This document shows positions 43,742-51,454 of a stretch of DNA of 64,000 nt, one piece after another. How positions within the stretch are numbered: the stretch's first letter is position 1; each line of letters begins with the position of its first letter. A program made the position numbers and the translations under genes. Under the pieces are notes generated by a model. The model saw only the letters and a list, made by a program, of their open reading frames with translations, made no database searches and was not told the origin of the DNA. This stretch comes from a virus: positions 16,439 through 80,438 of IMG/VR virus record IMGVR_UViG_3300025305_003938; one strand, written 5' to 3'.

Positions 43742-44401
43742 ATGTATAAAGTTACTGTTGGTATATGCTGTTTTAATCAAGACGATTGGGTGTATCGTTG
43801 TTTGAGGAGTCTATCATCTCAAAGTATGCACAAAGACGATTTTGAAGTTGTTATTGTAGACGATAACCACAAACCCAGCCAAACGCTAGAGGATGTATGC
43901 GCCGCAATGTCTAACGTATTGAACATACGACTGGTAAGGAACGAAACGAACATTGGCCTGCCCGCCTCATTGAATAGGATTCTAAAAACGGCCCGCGGCA
44001 AATACTTTGTTAGAGTAGACTCTGATGATTATGTGTCCAGGCATTTCCTCTATATGTTATCGACGTTTTTAGAGATGAATGAGAACTATCAAGCCGTTTA
44101 TTGCGATTATATGAAAGTCAACCATGTTGGCCAGAAGTTGGGGTATTATGATGCACATACTGCCCCTATAGCGTGCGGTGTCATGTTTACATATGAATCA
44201 CTTTGTTCATTAAATTTTTATAACGAAGAGTATAAAATGAGAGAAGGGCATGAATTGTTGGAGAGATTCCAGCAGAATTATTCAATGTACCACCTAGAAG
44301 CACCACTGTATCGGTACAGGATACATGAAGAGAATAGAACAAACAACAAAAAGCAAGTAGAATACTACGATTTAAAGCTTAAAGGAGAAGAAAATGGCTA
44401 G
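43742..44401 (+). CDS. Glycosyltransferase family 2
   Basis: VVIVDD, NIGLPASLN, VRVDSDD, LYRYRIH. Confidence 0.9.
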   Translation: MYKVTVGICCFNQDDWVYRCLRSLSSQSMHKDDFEVVIVDDNHKPSQTLEDVCAAMSNVLNIRLVRNETNIGLPASLNRILKTARGKYFVRVDSDDYVSRHFLYMLSTFLEMNENYQAVYCDYMKVNHVGQKLGYYDAHTAPIACGVMFTYESLCSLNFYNEEYKMREGHELLERFQQNYSMYHLEAPLYRYRIHEENRTNNKKQVEYYDLKLKGEENG

Positions 44402-45269
44402 ATGTTTAGTAACAGGGCATAAAGGGTATATTGGTACCAAGCTCGTTGAGGAATTAGAACGACAGGGGCATGAGGTCGTAGGGATCGATCTGCAAGATGG
44501 AAAAGATGTAATATTAGAATTGCAAGAACATACAGATGGAGGGTTTCACCCCCACTACGTAAATTTTAAACCAGAATATCTGTTCCACTTAGCTTGTATC
44601 CCTCGCGTCGCCTACAGTGTAGAGCAACCTGTTGAAACAATGCAGAACAACGTTCTAGCCACTAGCGTTGCCCTTAATTTTGCGCGCAAGAACGGGGTAA
44701 AGCGGTTTGTATATTCAAGCTCCTCTTCGGTACGTGGCAATGGGAATGGTCCTGTTAGTCCATATGCTCTTCAGAAGTACACATCTGAGTTAGAAGTGGG
44801 AATGTACAGCGCCCTTTATGGCACGATGGACACTGTGTCTCTTCGTTACTTCAATGTTTATTCACACGATCAACAGGCCTCTGGCCCATACGCTACTGCC
44901 GTCGCAGCATATATGAGAGCCGTGAGAGAGGGTACCACCCCTCACATCACTGGAGATGGAGAGCAGCGCCGCGATATGTCTCACGTACTGGATATTGTTT
45001 CTGCAAACATATTCGCCATGGAACACACTAAGGATTTTTCTGGCCAACACTTTGACGTTGGAACTGGAAGTAATATATCTCTTAACCAGATAAAAAATAT
45101 TGTACAAAAACACCACCCTAGTGTAGAATTTGAATATGTTGAAGACCGCGCCGGCGATGTACGCAATACAAAAGCAAATATGGTGCCACTAATGGAATTG
45201 GGATGGACGCCTAGCTGGAATATTAACGATGGCATTGAGGACTGTTTTGAGCGAACGAGAGTAGGGTAG
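44394..45269 (+). CDS. NAD-dependent nucleotide-sugar epimerase/dehydratase
   Basis: VTGHKGYIG, SSSS, SPYALQK, LRYFNVY, GDGEQRRD. Confidence 0.9.
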   Translation: MARCLVTGHKGYIGTKLVEELERQGHEVVGIDLQDGKDVILELQEHTDGGFHPHYVNFKPEYLFHLACIPRVAYSVEQPVETMQNNVLATSVALNFARKNGVKRFVYSSSSSVRGNGNGPVSPYALQKYTSELEVGMYSALYGTMDTVSLRYFNVYSHDQQASGPYATAVAAYMRAVREGTTPHITGDGEQRRDMSHVLDIVSANIFAMEHTKDFSGQHFDVGTGSNISLNQIKNIVQKHHPSVEFEYVEDRAGDVRNTKANMVPLMELGWTPSWNINDGIEDCFERTRVG

Positions 45270-45270
45270 T

Positions 45271-46119
45271 ATGAAAGAGAAGATCGGTATTATAGGAAAT
45301 GGATTTGTAGGCTCTGCAATTGCGTCCGGCTTCGCGCTGCATGCAGATGTGAAGGTCTATGATGTAGATACAACTAGGTCGACCCACAGCATGGGGCATG
45401 TCATAAATGAATCTAATGTTATTTTTGTTTCGGTACCGACTCCAATGCTTCACACCCTAGGCGGAAAGATTGATACAACAATCATGGATGGGGTTTTCGA
45501 ACAAATTTCCATGTTGAATAATCGAAAAGACAATATCTTTGTGGTGAAATCTACAATTGTACCCGGAACAATCGAGAGGTACATAGAAAGATATCCCAAG
45601 CTCAACATCGTGTTTAGTCCCGAGTTCTTAACCGAACGTGCTGCGCGCTTTGATTTTATTAATGCATCTAGGATTATTTTAGGTGGAGAATCCAAGCTAA
45701 CTGAGCAAGTGGAAAACACTCTAAGAGTAAGGTTCCCCCATGTTAGAATCATCCACACAGATGTAGCTACGGCTCAATTTATCAAGTATATGGCAAATTG
45801 CTTTTTCGCAACAAAAGTTTCATTCATGAATGAGATGAAACAAGGAGCAGACAAATTGGGCGTTAATTGGGATGATGCCATATTAGGCTTCATCACAGAC
45901 GGCCGTATCGGGAATTCGCATATCGATGTCCCAGGTCACGATGGTAGCCTAGGTTTTGGAGGCAAATGCTTTCCAAAAGACTTGAATGCATTTATTGAAC
46001 TGTTCCACGAGAATGGTATTGATCCGGCAGTTATGGAATCAGTTTGGAAGAAGAATTTAGAAGTAAGAAAAAACTTAGATTGGGCCGAGATTGTCGGCGC
46101 AGTAACTAACAAAAACTAA
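45271..46119 (+). CDS. UDP-glucose/GDP-mannose dehydrogenase family protein (short form)
   Basis: GIIGNGFVG, VPTP, KSTIVPGT, PEFL, GFGGKCFPKD. Confidence 0.9.
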   Translation: MKEKIGIIGNGFVGSAIASGFALHADVKVYDVDTTRSTHSMGHVINESNVIFVSVPTPMLHTLGGKIDTTIMDGVFEQISMLNNRKDNIFVVKSTIVPGTIERYIERYPKLNIVFSPEFLTERAARFDFINASRIILGGESKLTEQVENTLRVRFPHVRIIHTDVATAQFIKYMANCFFATKVSFMNEMKQGADKLGVNWDDAILGFITDGRIGNSHIDVPGHDGSLGFGGKCFPKDLNAFIELFHENGIDPAVMESVWKKNLEVRKNLDWAEIVGAVTNKN

Positions 46120-46132
46120 GAGGAGTTTTAAG

Positions 46133-46363
46133 ATGAAGTTAAGTAAGCAAGCACTTGGGGCAATCATGATGACCCTACAGAAATCATTAATGGAACAAAG
46201 CGATATCGTTCCAGTTTTAGAGGGGTTTAATTTGACTCCAGATGAGGACGATGGAAACGTATTGCACGTTGCAAACCCCCCTGTCGTCAGTTTCGAAAAC
46301 GTTAACCCTGAGGTCGCAACCGCAGAAACCACCGAGACTGATACTACAGATACAGAAGCATAA
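46133..46363 (+). CDS. Hypothetical protein
   Basis: ORF track, AGGAG SD. Confidence 0.7.
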   Translation: MKLSKQALGAIMMTLQKSLMEQSDIVPVLEGFNLTPDEDDGNVLHVANPPVVSFENVNPEVATAETTETDTTDTEA

Positions 46364-46366
46364 AAC

Positions 46367-46615
46367 ATGCCGAGATACACATATCAATGTAGTTCCTGTA
46401 ATGACATGTTGAATGTGTATCACTCCATTAAGGACGTTTTGGAAGATTGTACCTTATGCGAGACTACGGGTTCTTTGGGCCGGCTATTGAGTCGACCTTT
46501 ATACACTACGAAAGTTGCAACAAAAGCAAAAATCGGAGAAGTCACAGAAAACTTTATCGAGGATGCTAAGAAAGAACTAGCCCAGCAAAAGAAAGGGCTA
46601 AAGAAAAAAAGATGA
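46367..46615 (+). CDS. FmdB-like zinc-ribbon protein
   Basis: MPRYTYQCSSC...CTLC...L.RLLS. Confidence 0.8.
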   Translation: MPRYTYQCSSCNDMLNVYHSIKDVLEDCTLCETTGSLGRLLSRPLYTTKVATKAKIGEVTENFIEDAKKELAQQKKGLKKKR

Positions 46616-46929
46616 TAATAGTTGTTATACTATCTGTATTATTGAATATTCTTTTAGTCTGGTATCTGTATAAGGTGCTGGCCAAATTATTGTATACTTC
46701 CGACAACTTGGGCGACTTATATCTCATCACTAGAACATACAAAGAAATGGTTAGCTCCATGTATGGTATGGATATGTTTTATGGAGAGCCTGTGATACAA
46801 GAACTACTCGCGCGATCCAAAGAATTGGTTGAAGAGATTGAGAAGTTTGAGGAAATATACGAAATTACAACGAATATTGAATTTGAGGATGAACTAGATG
46901 CCGCCGAAGAAGAGAAAAAAGAGAACTAA
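46612..46929 (+). CDS. Membrane-anchored hypothetical protein
   Basis: N-terminal TM helix, MFYGEPVIQEL. Confidence 0.65.
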   Translation: MIIVVILSVLLNILLVWYLYKVLAKLLYTSDNLGDLYLITRTYKEMVSSMYGMDMFYGEPVIQELLARSKELVEEIEKFEEIYEITTNIEFEDELDAAEEEKKEN

Positions 46930-47593
46930 AAATTTATATTTTACCAAAGATCACGAACTAGCGATCATTGAATATACAAAAACTCCGTCAAGAGCTAAGA
47001 GATCAGAGTTGTATATCGAGTGGATTCAGCCGGCCTTTGATCAAATGGTAGACAAAATTATTTATACTTACCGGTTTGGTAATCTGCCAAACATTGAGTA
47101 CCTTAAGCAAGATTGCAAGATCTGGTTAACCACCATTTTAGATAAATATGATCCAAGCAAAGGATCGAAGGCGTTCTCATACTTTTCAGTTGTTACAAAA
47201 AACTGGTTTATTCATAAAGTAAAAAAGAACAACACTCGGGCCCGTAGAGAAGTCTTTCTAGAAGATATAACTAGCGAAAGAGACGTTGAGAAGATCAGCG
47301 AAGAGTTGAGTTATATTAGAGAAAGGCAAATGAAAGAGTTCTGGTTGCACTTTTACCATGAAATGAACACGTGGCACAGCGCAAACCTCAAGCCGAATGA
47401 ACGAAAAGTTTTAGAAGCTATCCGAATTTTGTTTGAAAGTTCGGAAGATATTGAAATTTTCAATAAAAAGGCTATTTACTTATACTTACGAGAGCTTACA
47501 GGTCTTAACACCAAGCAGGTTGTTAACATACTTAACAAGTTACGAGCGAAATACAGGAATTTTAGGAACAAATGGGACGCGGGCGAGATTTAG
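46898..47593 (+). CDS. Phage sigma factor, T4 gp55-like (late transcription)
   Basis: N-terminal YF motif and KYDPSKGSKAFSYFSVVTKNWFI, matching the region-2 FDP.K...F.YF....N.F pattern. Confidence 0.7.
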   Translation: MPPKKRKKRTKNLYFTKDHELAIIEYTKTPSRAKRSELYIEWIQPAFDQMVDKIIYTYRFGNLPNIEYLKQDCKIWLTTILDKYDPSKGSKAFSYFSVVTKNWFIHKVKKNNTRARREVFLEDITSERDVEKISEELSYIRERQMKEFWLHFYHEMNTWHSANLKPNERKVLEAIRILFESSEDIEIFNKKAIYLYLRELTGLNTKQVVNILNKLRAKYRNFRNKWDAGEI

Positions 47594-47865
47594 AAGAGTA
47601 CATAGAGGAGATCACGAACAACGTGCGAGAAGATCGCGCAGTTGCTAAGGTCCTTCTCATTGAAGCAATGCATGAGATGAAAAGCTCCGATGTCGCGCGC
47701 AAAGATCTAGGGCCCTTGGCAGCAAAATACGTCGAGAACCTGCAGCGTTCCAACGAACAACTCGTTAAACTGTCGGCTATAATTCAGAGAAAAGACAACA
47801 AAAATACAGGCTTATCCGCGGAAGACAAATCAGACATATATGAGATGATCAAGGATAAGGAGTGA
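47572..47865 (+). CDS. Small helical conserved phage protein (possibly terminase small-subunit-like)
   Basis: ORF track, helical hairpin/coiled-coil. The function is a guess. Confidence 0.5.
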   Translation: MGRGRDLEEYIEEITNNVREDRAVAKVLLIEAMHEMKSSDVARKDLGPLAAKYVENLQRSNEQLVKLSAIIQRKDNKNTGLSAEDKSDIYEMIKDKE

Positions 47866-49091
47866 TGGGCGAGATAGAGCGTTTTGTAAGACTCTGGCCA
47901 AAAAACACAAACACTGGAGCAGAAAAAAACGCCATCAACACAAGGCAGCACGATGTTGCCAGAGCCGCAAGAAATCTTCTTAGTGAAGCCTCAACGTTAA
48001 ATATCACCAAGGGTGTTGTATTACATGAGGCGCTAGTACTGAAGGTTAAAGAGTATTCTCCACTTCGCGGCTCAGCACTAGATCCCGATATGGGATTTTT
48101 TGAAAATGTGCCACCAAACATAGAACTAAAATGTTTGGTTTTAACCGACCTACAGGCAGAAGCCGTCGAATTACCAAAGAACATTCCAGCTGCAGAGAAT
48201 TCAGCTGATGATTACTTGATCGAAAATTCTTTTCCATCTTTTATCGGCCGAGCTTTCGGAGAGCATGCCGTCGAGGTCGGCGATATTGTCATAGTTCAGG
48301 TAAGGAACCCGAACTCCAAAGACGGATATTACATTAAAAAAACAGGCAACAGATATACACCAGATACTGGAGGCCAACATACTAGCCCAGAAGAAGTACA
48401 CAGGAATTTAACTGCAGGGCCCGGGACCATGGGCAATCTTCTCGGCGCCGCCCCCCCTGTCGGTCGCCCCGATACCGTTTTAGTCTTTGGCGATAGCCAA
48501 ATACAGGGCGCTATCGGCCGAAGCTTAGAAAAACAGCTGCCAGAGCATGGCTGGACTATAGTCGGTGGCGGGCGCCTAGGGAAGACCGGCTCTCGACCCT
48601 CTTTCTGGGTTAAAAACGACGGCCTAAGCGCAGATCTTAGACAGAGACTACAAGCTCGCCCGGCGATAATAGTAATCAATCTTGGGGGCAACGGGCTTAG
48701 TGGCACTGAGAGTCTATTAAGCTTAATTGCCGAATTGTCCCCCTTATCGAAAGTTATTTGGCTTGGCCCCCCTCCTGCAGTAAAACCAACCCAAGAACCT
48801 TCAATCCATCAGCTAGTTTACGCGACACCGTGTCCGGATGAAACAGATGAGCAACGTTGCAATCGCTATTATCTTAAATACGCTGAAAAGAGAGAGGACT
48901 TGTCGATGAAACTCTTCGACAAGATCAGCTCCCGCGAATCCCAGCAGAATGTAATATCAATTAATGCCATCGCTGCATTCGCGCAATTAGGAATGGCTTC
49001 TTCTCCAGATGGTGTACATGTTGTTAATCCATGGGCAACTCGATATATTGAGAAGATAATAGAAATGCACATTGGCCCAGCGCCGGTTTAA
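47862..49091 (+). CDS. gp5-OB-like N-domain fused to an SGNH hydrolase
   Basis: EVGDIVIV; SGNH blocks FGDSQ, INLGGNG, DGVH. The N-domain is paralogous to 49139. Confidence 0.75.
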   Translation: MMGEIERFVRLWPKNTNTGAEKNAINTRQHDVARAARNLLSEASTLNITKGVVLHEALVLKVKEYSPLRGSALDPDMGFFENVPPNIELKCLVLTDLQAEAVELPKNIPAAENSADDYLIENSFPSFIGRAFGEHAVEVGDIVIVQVRNPNSKDGYYIKKTGNRYTPDTGGQHTSPEEVHRNLTAGPGTMGNLLGAAPPVGRPDTVLVFGDSQIQGAIGRSLEKQLPEHGWTIVGGGRLGKTGSRPSFWVKNDGLSADLRQRLQARPAIIVINLGGNGLSGTESLLSLIAELSPLSKVIWLGPPPAVKPTQEPSIHQLVYATPCPDETDEQRCNRYYLKYAEKREDLSMKLFDKISSRESQQNVISINAIAAFAQLGMASSPDGVHVVNPWATRYIEKIIEMHIGPAPV

Positions 49092-49138
49092 TGAATGCAT
49101 AAAATATAAAATATAGCTAATTATTAACAGGACTTATA

Positions 49139-50461
49139 ATGACAAACGAAATTGAAAGATTTTATAGAACTTATAAAAAGAATGTTTCTACCGGGAACAC
49201 TCTGCCTGCTATTGATCAAAGACAGACTCGCGCCACTAGGCACCTTCGGGAATTAATAGAGAAACGATCTTCGCTCGATATAACAGAAGGCATACACGAG
49301 TATGACGCTTGGGTATTGAGAGTCGACCCGTGGTCACCTGACCCTGGAACGTCCCTAGACCCTGATATGGGGTTTTTTGAGAACGACGCAACTAACTTTA
49401 AAATTTACTGCGCGATACTAGACTCCCCAATAACTGATTGTTATGACCTGCCCGCCGCCGCCGAGCTTGGCTCTCCACCCGGTACCCCCGGCGGCATGAA
49501 AATAGAGAGCTTTCCTGAGTTTATCGGCCGAGTTTTTAATGGCACCGAAGGCTGGCCCGAGATCGGAGACGTTGTAAGGGTTACATTCAATGGCCAGGGT
49601 TTCACTCGGGGGTACTACCTAGGAAGAACTGGCGCCAAATACCTTCCGGGTGAAGGCGGTTCAATTTCGCCACCTCCGTCCGGACCTTTTGGTGCCCTTG
49701 GTTCGCAGGCGGGCATGATTGGCGGAGGTTCTTGTGTCGAAGGTACCGGCGCCGCCGGTTCTGTGCGCTTCACTTACAATGAGCTTAAGATCCTGCGTCC
49801 GCCCTTGCAAGAGCTTTTAGAATATATCGCCGCGCACGAATCTAGGGGTAACTATAACGCCGTTAATCGCGGCGTCGGCGGAGACACCAGGGGCGGCTCA
49901 AAACCTTTAATTGGCAAAGAACTGACTGAATTGACAATTGGAGAATTATTAAGTTATATGAAGGGCGGCTCGCGCGCCGCAGAGACTGGTGTCGGCGGAA
50001 AGACTGAAAAGCACCCCAATGGGACAGTCGGTTTCCTAGCAACAGGAAAATATCAAATGATCCCAGTAACGCTTCGAAGTTCAATATCTAGTGCAGGCGT
50101 GAGCGAGGGTGAACTCTATAATGTAGAAACTCAGGAGACTTTAGGTGTTTATTTATTATTAAAGAAACGGCCAAAATTGGGTAAATACCTCCTAGGCATC
50201 AGCAATGATGAGTGCGGCGCCGCCCAATCGGCAGCATTAGAATGGGCATCTCTACCGCTACAGTATGCTCGTTCGAACGGCTGTCAACGAGGCTATAGCG
50301 CATATTGTGTAGGTGGAGCAAATGCAACAGGGAAATTATCCCGCAGCCCCGAGGAAGTGATTTCAGTACTTCGTTCCGCTCGATCCAAAGTATTACAAAA
50401 TTCTAGTTCAAGACAATTAATAGCTAGCAAGGGCTATGAGATACAGGAGGCGGTTGTATAA
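49139..50461 (+). CDS. gp5-OB-like N-domain fused to a lambda-lysozyme/lytic transglycosylase-like domain
   Basis: WPEIGDVVRVTFNG; AHESRGNYNA, ATGKYQ, EWASLP. Confidence 0.8.
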   Translation: MTNEIERFYRTYKKNVSTGNTLPAIDQRQTRATRHLRELIEKRSSLDITEGIHEYDAWVLRVDPWSPDPGTSLDPDMGFFENDATNFKIYCAILDSPITDCYDLPAAAELGSPPGTPGGMKIESFPEFIGRVFNGTEGWPEIGDVVRVTFNGQGFTRGYYLGRTGAKYLPGEGGSISPPPSGPFGALGSQAGMIGGGSCVEGTGAAGSVRFTYNELKILRPPLQELLEYIAAHESRGNYNAVNRGVGGDTRGGSKPLIGKELTELTIGELLSYMKGGSRAAETGVGGKTEKHPNGTVGFLATGKYQMIPVTLRSSISSAGVSEGELYNVETQETLGVYLLLKKRPKLGKYLLGISNDECGAAQSAALEWASLPLQYARSNGCQRGYSAYCVGGANATGKLSRSPEEVISVLRSARSKVLQNSSSRQLIASKGYEIQEAVV

Positions 50462-50464
50462 ATC

Positions 50465-51445
50465 ATGGGCGAAGAGAGCAAATACACAAAGCCGCGTACA
50501 ATAAAGCCGGCTAAAGACTTATCCGGGCTATCCCCGGGCGCCATAGCTGCAACTGAAGCAATGCGCAACGCCCGACTAGCCCACATGAATTCTGGTATTG
50601 GCGGCGGCCGGCAGACTGAAGCTATCCCTGAATTCAACAATACTCCATCTGAGCACATAATCTCTGCCAGAGATTTAGGACGAAACGCCTCGATAGTATT
50701 AGGTTTCGACCGACAAACTACGAAAACCACCGGCTACGGGGGCCGCGGCCACACTCAAGCAGCTGCAATCGATATTGTCGTCGGCCGCGGCGGAGCGTAC
50801 GCCACTCAAGTAGACGAACTGGGTAAAAAGGTTAAAGCGAATGTAGGCTTCGAAGTTGATTCGGCGAGGATATACATAAGTCAAAAATCAGATATTGATG
50901 ATTATTTTCGTATCAATGAGGGATCCGTAGGTAGCCCAAAGGGCAGATCTGCAATTGCTATGAAAGCCGATAGCGTAAGGTTAGTGGCTAGAAAGGGTAT
51001 TAAACTAGTAACAGGAACGGACACAAGGGATTCAATGGGTTTCAGACAAATGGAATTTCAAGGGATCGATTTGATGGCTGGCAATCCAGAAGATGAGACA
51101 GCCATGCAGCCACTAGTACGAGGCGATAACTTACAAGAAGCCTTAGATTCCCTGTGCGATCAGATAGTTAAACTAAGAGGTATCGTGCACGGATTTATAA
51201 TGTCACAAAGAGAATTCAATGGGCAGATTTTATCGCATACTCACAATTCTCCATTTTTTGGCATTCCGACCGGGCCTTCTTTTGTTTTGATGCCGGGTGG
51301 TGTCAAGACAATCATACAGCAGGTTGCAACCACGGAGAAGGATATGAATTTACACGTTACGACTTTGGAAGCATGGAGAACCATGTACTTGAATCCAGTC
51401 AAAATGGACACCTACATTAACAGCAACTACAACAGGACCAATTAA
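50465..51445 (+). CDS. Baseplate central spike-like (gp5/VgrG C-terminal-like) protein
   Basis: Beta-strand repeats (ARIYISQ, SAIAMKADSVRLVAR.GIKLVT), QPLVRGD, HTH (His-Thr-His) motif. Confidence 0.6.
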   Translation: MGEESKYTKPRTIKPAKDLSGLSPGAIAATEAMRNARLAHMNSGIGGGRQTEAIPEFNNTPSEHIISARDLGRNASIVLGFDRQTTKTTGYGGRGHTQAAAIDIVVGRGGAYATQVDELGKKVKANVGFEVDSARIYISQKSDIDDYFRINEGSVGSPKGRSAIAMKADSVRLVARKGIKLVTGTDTRDSMGFRQMEFQGIDLMAGNPEDETAMQPLVRGDNLQEALDSLCDQIVKLRGIVHGFIMSQREFNGQILSHTHNSPFFGIPTGPSFVLMPGGVKTIIQQVATTEKDMNLHVTTLEAWRTMYLNPVKMDTYINSNYNRTN

Positions 51446-51454
51446 AAGAAGCTC

